Shown: positions 11,373 through 23,807 of the stretch, in pieces
Numbering within the stretch: the first letter of the stretch is position 1
Layout: each line of letters begins with the position of its first letter
From: Perkinsus chesapeaki ATCC PRA-425
Taxonomy: Eukaryota; Protista; Perkinsozoa
Assembly (NCBI GenBank): GCA_013115145.1
Contig: JAAPAO010000227.1
Coordinates: 1-49,942, forward strand
Length of the DNA: 49,942 nucleotides
Reading direction: 5' to 3'
Translations under genes and position numbers: made by a program
The notes under the pieces: model-generated
The model's input: the letters and a program-made list of their open reading frames with translations, nothing else
The model's database searches: none
What the model was told of the DNA's origin: nothing

Positions 11373-13643
11373 ATGCTGAGTCGAATAACGTGCGGCCGAT
11401 CGTGGCTGCGGTCCACTGGTGCTATCTATAGTGCTATAAGAGCGGTCAATACCCGCCGATGCTTCGCTAGTATCCCTGAGACCATACAGGGGCTTCAAAG
11501 CGCACTGGAGGCTAAAACTGGCGATGTTACGGTAAGCGGGGTGATGCAGGTTATTACCCTAAACCGGAGGCATCCCTTCCTCTGTCATTGCTGGAAGACT
11601 GGCTCCGACATGTGTTGGTTCACTTACTGCATCTGCATTGTGCTTGAGTGCATCTTGCCCGTTTTATTCTCTTCTGTTCGGTGGGTGTAATAACCTTTTA
11701 AGAAACCGGGAATTCAGTATCGTACTTATCATCATTTTTAGTCCCTGTGGTTATTTCAGGTGGTATCATCCAGCCCTAACATGCTTAAGGTGCGCAGCAA
11801 AGGCCTTAGCCCCTCCATTGGCCAGTTAGTATCTTTATCTGAGGGCTCCAAGGGTGTTGTGGTACCATCTTCCAACCTATTGAAGCTCCCACTACCCGTT
11901 CAGGTACATTTTGATTCTTCAGTTGCCACAGTGCTACTCCTAAAGCAAGACATCCCAGTCGGAACCGGCTCTAGTAGGTCTTTATGAAGCCAACTTCTTG
12001 TGGAGCTGTTTCTATCAGAGGTTCAACTTGCCGATCTCGGTCGATTTAATGCAGTTAGACTTCCCTATGTGCCGATTATCGACCGTGTTCCAGTTTCAAG
12101 ACGGCTTCGTAAGTACCCTAACCTCGTACTCAATAATAAACGACATCCACTGAGGCCCCCATACTTCTATACTAGTCTACTGGGATCGTTATATGAACCA
12201 ATTTCGGACCTTACAGGCGACTACTAATTGATTATATACATATTACTATATTGTTGAACAGATGAGTTTGAGCGCCCCTACAGGTACTGGTCTAGGGCTT
12301 GTCGATGCTCTATCTCCTATCGCAGAGGGGCAGTCTATAGCAATAAGAGGGCCATCAACAGCTACTAGCATATACATGGGATCTGCTTTAAATAAGATAG
12401 TGTCCAATGCTATACGGCAAGGTACAAAGGGTGACACGGAAGGAGAAGTGTGTTAACATTATGCAGGTGTCTCTGTGGTGTACTGCAATCCACTTGGCTA
12501 TGCTCCACCGGCAATTGCTGACCTGTTATCTGAGGGTCTTGACCTGGTCTGTGGAGATCCATCAAGTCCATCTATCGGTTACTTAGCGTTGTTGAAGTCA
12601 CTGGAAGTAGCAAAGGACCGGAGAGCAGATAGTCGCACTATGCTTGTATTGGATAACGTATCAGAGTAACAATGGTTCGCTGTGATGATTCTGGGAACTG
12701 TAAGGTTCAGATACTCGGAACTAAACGGTCAACTGCGATCCGAGGCAGGCGTCCCTATGCCCCTTTCGACAGAACAGATAGTATCGGCGGCAATGCAGTA
12801 AGCTAGCGCCTGCCCTTCCCAAAGGCACACAGCTCGGCTAGGTACTCGTGCAACACTAGAGGGACCCTTTACCCGCTTACAACAGTCGTCTTCACCGATA
12901 AGTTCTCACGGGATGTTGAGATGCAGGCCGATACCGTAAAGATGTTACCTATAGAGTAATAGTAAGAGACCTGCCATTTGTCAGCTCCTACAGTATAACG
13001 TTGGTGCGGCGTCGTTCGATGCCAGTGGGCTATGTCATAACTCTTTGTTGTATTCGCTCCTACCTACTCTTGACGCCAAGTGCGTGAAGGATCTCCGGGA
13101 CATGCATGTAGTACACCCTCCCTTTTAAGCAGCATCCTCTGTTCCCACTAGTCTCAAATAACCATGCAGCGGTCGACCATAGCGGAGCAGCAAGCGTTTG
13201 GTATCCATGTTGATTACTGGGAAGAGGAGGATGTTCAACATTGGTCCAACGCTCTAGCTATTCTAGATGCAATACCACTATCTTTGCCTCCAGCCAAGAG
13301 AATACTGGTAGGATGTGTTATTTTGTGGATTCTACAACTCCTGCTTAGGTAATGCGTAGCGTTCTTGTCTACTACTTTGTCGGCAAGCGTAACCTTGAGG
13401 ACGCCAGCATATCTTCCTTCATTTCCGACTTGGCTGATTGCTTCGAGACCAACGAACCACGAGTGATCGATGCAATTAACGCGGTTCTAGCCGAGCCCGA
13501 TTGTAAAGGCAACCTCATCTTACATGGAGGGATTCATAATTTCAGGTTCGCGAGAACTGGTCGAGGATCTGTGCTATCGTGTTGATTGGACACTTGCGAG
13601 ATATCGGTATCATTTCGATTTGGCGACCCCCAAAGAAGTTTAA
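11373..13643 (+). CDS. Highly divergent F1-ATP synthase alpha-subunit-like protein with degenerate Walker A and a mitochondrial-type presequence
   Basis: Colinear matches to alpha: VVSSSPNMLKV...SEGSKGVVVHFDSSVATVLLLKQD (beta-barrel); APTGTGLGLVDALSPIAEGQSIAIRG (cf. [26 protein letters not shown]); LVLDNVSE (cf. LIIYDDLSK); RGTLYPLTTV (cf. GSLTALPVI); AEQQAFGIHVD (cf. AAFAQFGSDLD). The last intron (13509-13545) is GC-AG. Confidence 0.8.
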
Positions 13644-14131
13644 CCTTATGGACCATTGTGTGACGTTTCCCTCTACATCGACTTGAGTATTAACACAATT
13701 GTGCGTTTGTGATTGCAGCACTCCTCCGCTAGCGTAATTCTGTTTTGCGGAGTGTGGCTCGGGAAAGGTCAGTTGATGCTACTGCATGCGCTCACGGGGA
13801 AGGGTTGTCGGATTGAAGATATTTTTACTATTGAAACAAATTGTAGACAGAACAGATTGTGTCATGCTCTTCAACACCCTGGACGTGATTCTGCAATCAA
13901 TGCTCTCAAACCCGTTGCATCTCATCCAGCAATCATTAACGGGCGTCCGCGTAACAAACTGCGCTTTTGCCCTCCACAATAGCGTCTTTTGAAACACTCC
14001 AACGCTAGCTGGTCTCTGATGCTTTTATGATAAGCTAGTAGACACCGTACCACAATTTGTTCCTCGAGGGAGCTGGTTGATCGTGGCTAGGAGTTTTCCA
14101 GGCTTTCATCTGCCATCACATCTCTCTTAAC

Positions 14132-17100
14132 ATGTCTGTTGGTATCAGTATCGCCACCGGTGTCCTTAAGTTCCTCGATATCTGCGTATGGGTTGTGACA
14201 TTGGGGCCTTTGTGGATGGTTACTAATAGGAAGAACGTGCCAGAAGGAACTAATTCAGAGCCCGTAGAAGAGGTAAGGCTCGGTCCTCGTAGACTGTAGA
14301 ATCTAATCTGATGCTGTCCTTGGGTAAAATTGGTCTTATGTTAGGCTAATAACGATAAATCTGTAGTGGACCCAGAAATTGCTGGTTCCTCTCAACAGGT
14401 TAAAGTGGCTCATGAGGGTCCACCTAGAATTCGCGTTGGCTACAAGAACTGGAAGCCTTTATGCTCCTGGGATCCAGAGGCATCAACCGTGCTCGACATT
14501 ATCATGCATACCGTCCGAAAGTTCGCATCACATCCAGCTCAAGGTTCAAGATTTTTTGAAAGCTTCAAGGATATTGGGGAAAGGTAAACCGGGAAGGAAG
14601 GAAAAGCCATTCACTTTGTTGTTATTGCGTCGTTAGGTTCCCAGTGAAGCAGTTTGGTCCCACTAAATGGATCACTTACTCTGAAATGGGTGATAGATTC
14701 AAGGCTTTCGGTGCCTTTTTGAGGAGTATCGGTAACACTCCCCAGCCAGCTGATGTGGAGATTGAGGCCATCCAAGGTGAGCTGTATTGCTCTAGGAAGT
14801 GCCGAGTAGCTATTGACCTTTAGGGCCTCATTCGTTGGTTATCTACGAAGACACGTGTGCTGAGTGGGCACAGGCGGCCTTTGGTACATGGAGTCAGAAT
14901 ATGATCGTTACTACTGTTTACGGTATGGAATAGCTACCCATAGCTTCCACTGTATCATATCGCCATTTAGGTACACTTGGTCCCGACTCTGTGGCCCAGG
15001 CTATCCAGGAAGGGAACGGCACCACAGTAAGGGATAAAGTGTTGCTTACTGCGGCTAGTTTTGTTGCTTTAGGTCTTCTGTAATAGGAAGAACGTTAGCA
15101 AGCTCATTGAGTACAGTAAGGAGATGCCTACTTTAAAACATATTATATATACTAATGAGGCAGTACCTGCTGATGAAGCCAGGTAAGGAGGAGGCATCGC
15201 AGACTTTAGTGTTGTCTTCAGCAAACCCCTTTCTGGCTTCGAGAGCTCTGGTATCACCGTTCATTCCTTTGACGATGCCTTGAAGATTGGACAGGGTCTT
15301 GTTGAGCAGTATCCTATGGTTAAGCCCAACAAGGAGTCCCTAGCCATCATCATGTACACCAGTGGTAAGTTCAACAACTTGCTGCTGAAGTAGTCTTCTA
15401 CTATGATGCTGTCAGGGACAACAGGGAAGCCGAAGGGAGTGATGATGAGGCATAGATCAGTCGTCGCCGTTATGGCCTCGGTTGTGCCCATAGGAACTCA
15501 TGTACGCATTTTAACAGGATGACGTTTACCTACTTACTTTAGGCCTTACCCCCGAATTTCACCCATCTTTCGTACCTACCTTTGGCCCATATATTTGAGA
15601 TGGCAGTGCAGATTGGCTGTATGTCGATGGGTGCGAGGATAGGGTAATAGCATTACTATCTATCAATGCTCTTACCATTCCTTCACTGTGCTCAGGTACG
15701 CCGATCCCAAGACGTTGACACAAACCGGTGCACGTCCAATTGGTGCTCTGGAGGAGTTCCGCCCCCATCTTTTCATGGGTGTGCCCAAGGTTTATGATGT
15801 CATTATGAAGGTGCAACAACGACATTGCTGAGCAATGTGCCATTATTATCGGTTTTCCGATTCAGGCTGCTGGTGCTAAGCTGAAGAAGGAGTCCCCTGG
15901 CAAGCAACAGTTAGTGGCCAGTGCTTTCGAGTAAGAGGCTGCTATGGTCCAGTGAGATAGTAATAATTGTTGGCATTTAGGTGGAAGGCTAGAGCGATGG
16001 AGAGCGGCCGATATACACCAGTCTTCGATATGCTCATTTTTAACAAGTTCAAACACATTCTGGGTGGTAACGTTGTTCTTGCACTATCTGGTGGAGGTAA
16101 TGCTGCCCTATCCCTCCGTCTTGTGTGCTGATTACTCCTTATAGGTCCTCTAGCTGCAACCGTTCAGAGATGGGTTAGGACAGCTTTCGGCTGTCAAGTT
16201 ATACAAGGCTATGGTTTAACAGAGACATGTGCTGGAGCGACGTTGCAGTTGGAGCATGATTTCAGACCAGGTGTTGTTGGTCCTCCGGTACGACTTGCTG
16301 ATTTGGAATATCCATTTTGCTCAATTGGCTGTTATCATTGATCAGATCCCTGGCTTGCAGATTAGCCTTAGATCTTGCGTGGGGTCGGATGGTGAGCCCG
16401 AGGTGCTGGATAAGCGTGGTCGTCCTTATTTGAACACGGATACTGAGGATTCTAAAGGCAATCCTTGCCTTGGTCGTGGTGAGGTAATGCTTGCCAATGT
16501 ATCCTTGAGATGCTTTCGTAACATTACCATGTAGATTCTTATTCGTGGCCCAACAGTAACTGATGGCTACTATAAACTGCCAGAGAAGACTGCTGAAGCA
16601 TTCAGGAAGGACGGGTGGTTCCTGACTGGAGATGTCGGAGTTTGGTATCCGGATGGGTCGCTCGGTATTATGGACCGTGTGAAGAATCTCGTCAAGCTTC
16701 ACGGTGGAGAGTATATCGCTATGGAGAACATGGAGCTCATTTATGGCGGAAGCCAATATGTTGATGCTGTAAATGGTGGTATTATGACTTACGGTGATGG
16801 AACACTTGATAGACCAGTTGCTTTGGTTCAAGTTAGCGAGCCGAACCTTACTCAATGGGCTAAGTCCGCTGGAATTAGCTTCCAGTCTATTCAGGTATGT
16901 CGATTGTTAGGGTACTATTTGTTATTGTGGTATTTCTGTATCAGGATCTTGTAACCAAGCCCGAAGCTGAGGAGGAGGTTTTACGTTCTCTTATGGAGTG
17001 CCACAAAAGTGGTGGTCTAACTTCGATTGAGAAGCTTGCTGGAATTGGGTTGGTCTGTGACCCATGGACCGCTCAGAACAAGTGCCTTACTGCTACTAAT

Positions 17101-17175
17101 AAGATCTCGAGGCATGCTGTTATCGCCCGAGATGGGGAGTTGCTTGAGAAGGTTAAGGTTAAGGGTCGACGTTAG
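14132..17175 (+). CDS. ACSL: Long-chain fatty acyl-CoA synthetase (AMP-binding family), multi-exon
   Basis: IMYTSG|TTGKPKGVM, QGYGLTETCAG, GWFLTGDVG, IMDRVKNLVKLHGGEYIA, and an N-terminal hydrophobic anchor LKFLDICVWVVTLGPLW. Confidence 0.93.
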
Positions 17176-18028
17176 TATGAAAATATTATAATGTATATAA
17201 ACTACTGTTTCACTATTGGTGGGTTTGTCTATGACGGTATTATTATAGCAGCTCACTGCGTGGTGACGGCGACAAGACCAGTATTTGGCCACTGGACTTT
17301 ACTGCCGCCGTTCTATCTTGACTATATAAACTACCACCCATTTAGCAGGGCTTATAACGTATTTCAGTGGGTAGTTGAGCTAGTTGGTAGTTTACAAGAA
17401 GCCCTGTGTATTGACACTATTCATTTCCCATTTTTTGTACACGTAATGCCGAGTTTTGGTTGCAAGTGATTCAATAACCAAGCATAATTTACACATATCA
17501 GTGCAGACCAGTATCTTCCCGTGGCGAAACCGGAGCCGGCCGAAGTCTCCAGCTCCGACCTCGGACAGTCTTCTCGAATAAACTCCAACGCAGGAATGCC
17601 AGTTCTCCTAGCTCTTCTTCCGAGGAGTCGGTCGGAGGCATTTCGCAGGAGTTCAAGTGTGCCGACTCGGTACAAGATTTGGTTCGGAAAACTCGAACGG
17701 TGCGAGTCGCACCACTCGGAAGCGGCTACCAATACTTCTAGTGGAAGCGACTTCCAGCAAGCGGCCTTCCACCCCAGAAACGAAGATTTTCAGCCCTCCT
17801 TGGGATGGGTTAGTGAATACTTTTAGACGTTCGTCGGATTGCGGGTCCGATTCCGAGTTCTCAGGGTTCGGCTCGGTTGTTTGAACGCAAATAAATTAGT
17901 AATATCAACCCCAGTTCTCAGAAAACGATGTTTTCCGAAAACTTGGAATCAGCGAATAGAGCACTTCAACTGGCTCCTGGTGTTACCTACTTCTCGCTTT
18001 TCTCGAGTAGGATATGGTGCTTGACAGT

Positions 18029-20599
18029 ATGAGCTTTGGTGTACTGTCGTATAGGGCATGTCGGCCATTATATCGGCTCCAGCCGGCAGTTCTCTTCACC
18101 TCGGCATCCGAAGGAAATGCTAATGCCTCCAATATTAGCATGACGCCTCAGGAGGTTGCGTACGTTTCCCAAGGGACAGCTGAAGTGTAATGATCACCTC
18201 AGGTTTCTCTTCGACAAGGTATCACGGAATAAAGCAGCCACTTTGAATACATGGAATACGTAAGCAGCCTTTGTCTCTAATGGAGTCTGTCACTGATATG
18301 CTTGCCTGTATCCGATAGAGAAATTCACGCCGGTTTCGCCATAATTCAGATACTGTAACAGCTTCCTTCTACCTGTCATCGACCAGCTTACGGTGGAGCA
18401 AATGTTAATCATTCTCCGATCAATGGTGCGTGCTCGATTCAGAAAGTTTGCTGTAACGAACAAGTTTAATAAACGTTTGGCGGCTAAGTTTTATGGACAG
18501 AGCTCGACTGATCCGTCGATGGTAAGATACCACTGAAGCTCCTGGCCCGGACCGTTACGGTCTCGAAGTCGGTGGCTTCTTGCTCTGTCTGCTATGCTGC
18601 CCAACGTAGTGTCTCAAGTAATCCTTAGTTCTAGATTATCACGCTTCAAATTTCACCCATCGAGCGTGTTCTTTTCCGTAACATCAAACTTGGTCATGTC
18701 AACATGGTATCTGTCTATTAACTGTTTCCCGTAGCTCATTCTTTGGTAGAAAGATAACTTAGCACAATTTCGGGCCGGTTGTGCAGCTGTTTTGCCCGGC
18801 TGCTCAGCCTGAACAGTCGGAATAGGTCGTAACATCGCAAGAGCTTCTACCAAGTGTTATAAGCGTAACGTGTTTCAAATTTCGGAATTTCTCATCAGTT
18901 TGGGTCATAATGTATATTCTTTGAAGTGCAAAATCGTATCTTTAGAAGAACGCAAAAGATTCAGGTTGCGTTCTGTGGGCCATGTCTTTGTATTAGGTTG
19001 GTCGGATACTCAACGATTTATCGAAGCTAGATTCCCTCGATGATACCACAAGCAGGATCCTGTGTCGGTCTACTCCGTTCGATGAATGTACTGAACGATA
19101 AGCTCTCCGTCCTTGCAACATCCATAGGTGATTTCGCATCTTTAACGATGGTTATCAACGCTCTTGCACGGACACGTCTGGCTGACCCTGATATTGTCCA
19201 CCTCATTGCTGAGGGTTTAGTGGCATCTATACCTAGTCTAGATCTGAATGAGGAACATGCCCTCACGGTAATGTAAGATCCTCGGATTATATCTTGAGGG
19301 ATCTTTCAGCGCTTGGTGCAAGCTCTGAGCTCCCTTGCTCGCCTGGATGCCCTAACCAGTAGCCGAAAGGATATGTTCATTCGGCGGCTGAGCGGGAGGA
19401 TATCGGCTCTCGAGCCGTTTCAACTCTCAATGCTGATGCATGCCCTTGTCGTGCCAGACTGGGGCGATGGCCCGATAGAGTACGTTGCCCTGTTGCTGGC
19501 CTTGTTGGGTTCATTAGTTCCTATCATCAGACACTGTGAACTCCTTCTAAAGCTTTTAAGAGTAGCGTCTAAAGCTCGGGGAGAATTCCGATTCCTGGAA
19601 GTAAGGGGGAGGGAACATTCGAATCCATCGTATTCACCCTCCTCTCTAGTTGCGAGAGATACTAACCTGTGCCTATGCCCTGCAAGCAGCAGGGACGGAA
19701 CTGCCACGCGACATCGTACTCTTCATGGCCGAGGCTGAACACATAGTACGTAGCGAGAAGGTTTTCCTTTCACTCGGGTACGTTTGGCTTGTAGATTGCC
19801 AGTGAAGGACGCAAGGCGATAACAAAATCAAGCTCTCATGTCGAGGTCATCACAAATGACATGCAGTCGTTTAATGATGCTAGTTTATAGATTTCACCTT
19901 CGAAGTTCCAAGACTCGATTAAGTCGGTTCTCGTAGCATGCGGCTTGGAATACAAAGAGGAAGTGGTGGCTGGGCCCTATGTAAGTGGACTAAGTCTTTA
20001 GTGATAGATAGCAGGGGGGGGCGGTATTTCAAAAAATTTCAGTATACAACGTAAGTGGTCTAAGTCTTCGGGGAGCATGTCTCATTCGGCTCTAGGCTTA
20101 TGAGTCACCGTTTATTGTCGTCGTCGAGGAGGAGGAGGCAGTGTAATAGAAAGCAAGTGTTAAGAGAGAGGCATGAGCAACGCGATGGAGGGCTGCGTGA
20201 AGTGGAAATTTGAGAATAGAGGGAGCTTGGCTCGAGGGAGGCTTCTGGAGTGAAAGCCGGATTCGCTGTTTTTTATATACTCGGGACCGATCATCGAGTT
20301 TGACAACATTTTCAGATTCTTGACTACACAGTGGGAAATGTTGCCATTGAAGCTGACGGTTTTTCTCACTTTTATTCTGGTACCGAGAAGTTCACTGCAA
20401 AGGCGAAGCTCAAGCACCGGATACTCACGTATGAACAAACTACAAGTGCTGGAGCTTTAATATGATTTACTCCATAGTTCTCTTGGCTGGCATGTTGTAA
20501 GCCTTCCTTACTTCGAAATGAAGAATAGAGGTCTCAATCAAAGGTGAGTATAAGAGCCTGTGAAATGATCGCTAATTCAGACCGACTTTCATTCGGTAG
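18029..20599 (+). CDS. RAP-domain protein with helical repeats, probably mitochondrial RNA-binding
   Basis: C-terminal EEVVAGPY|[38 protein letters not shown]|[13 protein letters not shown] fits the RAP consensus. Helical exons lie upstream (19040-19276, 19313-). The N-terminus [18 protein letters not shown] is basic and lacks acidic residues. Confidence 0.85.
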
Positions 20600-21414
20600 T
20601 GGCAGAGATGCTCTGCCACAGACTTCCTTTTTTCTACTCGTTGTAAGCCTGTGCTATTCGTCTTCAGAGTCGAGTTCTTCGTGGCTGCCATCGAGAATCA
20701 AACAAATGCTACATTAGCGCAGATTCGTAAACTCTGTAAAAGGAATCTTCCGACCGTTTCATGATGTTATCTTCATCGTTTCATTCCTGTATCATTTTGT
20801 GTTCGGAAATATCTGAGTATTCTCAATTAGCATCATGGCAATAACTTCCGAGATAGATATGCAAGGGCGCAATATACCTCTAAATGATCGGAGATAAACC
20901 TATTAGTGAGCATCTTACCCTCCACCGTACATTGAAAAGGATGCTATGGGAAGCCATAGCACATATACTTCAATTAACACTTGACTGATCAACGCAATAC
21001 GATGAACCATATGGTGAACCTGCCCATAATCAGACCTAAGTGGGCGAAATAGACGACTATGATCACTGCTAAGGAGAACCGATGCCTTCAGAAAGCAGTC
21101 TACTCCGACTGCATTGCAATGAGATAAACGGAAAGGCCTACACAAACGTTTCAACTCAAACGCTGAAGTAGTAATTCGGGCTCGGGATTTCAGAGAAAGA
21201 TTAACTGCTTTAAGACTCTCTAACTATCCTTGCTATAAGCAAGGGCAATTTAATGAACCGTGGATCCAAGACCACTACATTAGAAATATGAAGATCCAAG
21301 TTAGTAATTAGTGTAGCGAAGAATCTGTCCATGGATTCTTCACCAGTAAATACCGATTAGGATTGGGCACAAATAAAGCCCTGGTGAATCTAGGCAAAAG
21401 GGTTATCAACAACT

Positions 21415-22302
21415 TTATCGAATCGGCTTTAATGATATATCCGATTCGATAAACTTGAAGGGGTAAGATACTTTGTAGTTCAAAACAGGAAGAATACTAA
21501 ACACTTCTGCTTGTCCAAGTAACTTCCACTCCCGCAAATCGTTCTTGACCGTCTTGAAACTCAACGAGAATGTCACACCGAACTTCACCCTGTATTCGAT
21601 GGTCTCCAAAGTACTCGAAATGTTAAAACCAAGATGGTAGGAGTTGTGGGCAAACACCTTGCTGGTCTGAGCTTTCACAGGTACAAGAAACGGTCCGTAC
21701 TTCATGACGCTGACCCCGAATATTAGCTGAGCTACCAATGGGACATCCCGAGGGGTACCTAACTCGTAAGAACTCGATGAGTCGTCGGGTTCGATATAGG
21801 TGGCCATGGCAATAGTTGCCTTCACAGTTTTGTTGCCAAAATATACTAACTGAGCTTCGCCGCCAGCCCTAGCATCGAGCGACTTCAGCTTTTTCTTATC
21901 ATCATAGACCGCATCGACACCGACAAGTGTGCTTTTGTTAGGGTTTCCACTGTCGAAGAACTCCATTGTAGCTTCAACGGTCGTTTTCTCGCTTTCGTTG
22001 AGCTTGCCATGAAAGCAGTAAGAGTACTGTTCGGGTCGTCCGTAGGATGTACAGTTTGGCGGGAATGCAAATGAACCATCGGATGGAACAGAGGCCTGTT
22101 GGATACCCTTCGGGAAAGAGGCAGCCTGTTTTTGATTGAATTCCTTGGACAAACCTTCGACCATCTTCATGAAGTTTATCATCTCGGATAACTCTTCGTC
22201 ATCGGGTAGGATTGAAGACATATCATACGGACGGATAGGATTCTGGACGATGGCAACCGAGCCCGTGAAGCAGAGAATGAAGAGGAGTAGGATTACAGAC
22301 AT
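21415..22302 (-). CDS. Intronless secreted orphan protein, about 295 aa, beta-strand-rich C-terminal half
   Basis: Uninterrupted ORF, signal-peptide-like MSVILLLFILCFTGSVA, one Cys pair (CTSY...YC). No family recognised. Confidence 0.75.
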   Translation of the reverse strand: MSVILLLFILCFTGSVAIVQNPIRPYDMSSILPDDEELSEMINFMKMVEGLSKEFNQKQAASFPKGIQQASVPSDGSFAFPPNCTSYGRPEQYSYCFHGKLNESEKTTVEATMEFFDSGNPNKSTLVGVDAVYDDKKKLKSLDARAGGEAQLVYFGNKTVKATIAMATYIEPDDSSSSYELGTPRDVPLVAQLIFGVSVMKYGPFLVPVKAQTSKVFAHNSYHLGFNISSTLETIEYRVKFGVTFSLSFKTVKNDLREWKLLGQAEVFSILPVLNYKVSYPFKFIESDISLKPIR

Positions 22303-22525
22303 TATCACAGCAGCAAAACTGGCAAATAAGGAGGATACTGAATGAATTGAAGATGATAAACCAAGACTCGGGCGGAATATTGCAAAACCGGAGGCCAGCC
22401 TAATATAATGCGACTCGAATGCGATCGAAGTTGTGAACAGTTCGCAAAGTTCCTTATCTTAGGGAGTATATCAAAAGCTTAGGCCGTGACCATGGTGTGA
22501 CTATTTCACACGCATGCTCATGTCA

Positions 22526-22555
22526 CAGGGAATCCAACCCCAGGGAATCCAACCC
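22526..22555. repeat. 15-nt tandem duplication (CAGGGAATCCAACCC)x2
   Basis: Perfect direct repeat. Confidence 0.9.
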
Positions 22556-22932
22556 CCAAGTTTGGTAGTATAGGCGGCTCTACACGTATGAGCTGATAAT
22601 CAGTCATGAATAACACAACAGTAGACGGACACAGTACCTGAAAAGGCTCGTTATCATTCGGACGTGCACCTTTTTTGATCCTTGCCTCATGCCTAGAAGC
22701 GCATCGTTGCGTGGTCACATTCGAGGGAATATTGCCGGGCGTCTCCGGACCTGTGACAACTGCTGGGGATCTCTCAGACTTCTGGGCGAAACTCACATCC
22801 AACTTGTTCGTTTAGGCAACTTGTTTGATTTAGAGGACCCTCCTCGACTAACCGATCCAAAAGCACCATCAAACCCGACGTGAGGACGCTCAGCCGATCC
22901 GTATGTTAGAATGTGTATGAGATACAGTGGTA

Positions 22933-23040
22933 CGTCTGGATAAACTGCCAATTCAGATTAGAGAAGGCAGATTCTTGTCAATGTGTCGTCTGGATAAACT
23001 GCCAATTCAGATTAGAGGAGGCAGATCCTTGTCAATGTGT
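22933..23040. repeat. 54-nt tandem duplication x2
   Basis: cgtctggataaactgccaattcagattagag(a/g)aggcagat(t/c)cttgtcaatgtgt at 22933 and 22987, with 2 mismatches. Confidence 0.9.
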
Positions 23041-23164
23041 GATTTACTCAAACAACGCGAGACCCTCCTTCCTCAGGAGACTACCTTGAATAAAATTCGA
23101 GACTACTACGGGACTAATGGTACGTGTAGAACTAAGTCTCATCAACTACATTCAAGCATGCTCC

Positions 23165-23807
23165 TCACACTCGGCTATTCGGCAGGGAGCCAGAAGCCCT
23201 GGCCGAGTTAACTCTCCATCCAGTAATGATAAAGATGATTGCAATGACAACCAGATAGATTCCCAGAACAATATATGCCCACGACGATGCACCACTTTGT
23301 GAACCACCTCCGATATACAACAGCCCAAGGTAGATGTACACAAGACTTCTACCATACAGGGTACCCAAGAAGGCGGCACGCTCAATAAACCAGCCAGTAA
23401 TGCCAGAACTGGGAAGAATCTCTACGAAACAGAGAATGATCCCAAATATCAGATAGAAGACGGTTAGGATATATGTTAGAGGATTTAGGACCTGAAACAG
23501 GTGGCGGTGCCAATGGAGGCAGATAATAACTAATATCTACATGAACAACTTACCGAGTTGGCAAAGTTGAAGCATCCCAGTATAGCAACCACGAGAATTC
23601 CGATGGCTGCCAGACTGCCTAGGATGCGAATATGAACTGGATCACCTTCGGTTACCTTCCCCCATATATTTTTAACCTGTGAAAAAAGTCTTCTTGAAAC
23701 TGGTCGAAGTACGCCGATCTTACTCGTGCTTTGAAGCCTGTCGGTTGAGGCCTCTCGCCAGGGGTAAAACTTTGAGCACCGATAGTGGATGACTGAGGGC
23801 CGGCCAT
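23165..23807 (-). CDS. COPI-associated (TVP15-like) multi-pass membrane protein, paralogue 1 (3 exons)
   Basis: MAGPQSS..|VKNIWGKV..FNFANS|VLNPLTYILTVFYLIFG..FLGTLYGRSLVYIYLG, carrying the family motif FLxxxxGRxxxYxxxG. Confidence 0.85.

Noticed and set aside
13713-13997. Three overlapping short ORFs between the alpha-like and ACSL genes
   Set aside because: No homology or signal peptide; probably UTR or intergenic.
17500-17900. CG-rich intergenic stretch with short hairpins (GGTGCGA-G-TCGCACC at 17699-17713) as a possible ncRNA
   Set aside because: No SRP, RNase P/MRP, snRNA or SL motifs recognised, and the stems are short enough to be chance.
20361-20380. Apparent frameshift in the RAP domain at the T-run (SHF/YSG)
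   Set aside because: On recount the sequence is cac ttt tat tct, which is in frame. The minus-strand ORF translation confirms four Ts.
22933-23040. 54-nt repeat as a CRISPR-like array or minisatellite gene
   Set aside because: Only two adjacent copies, no spacer, in a eukaryotic context.
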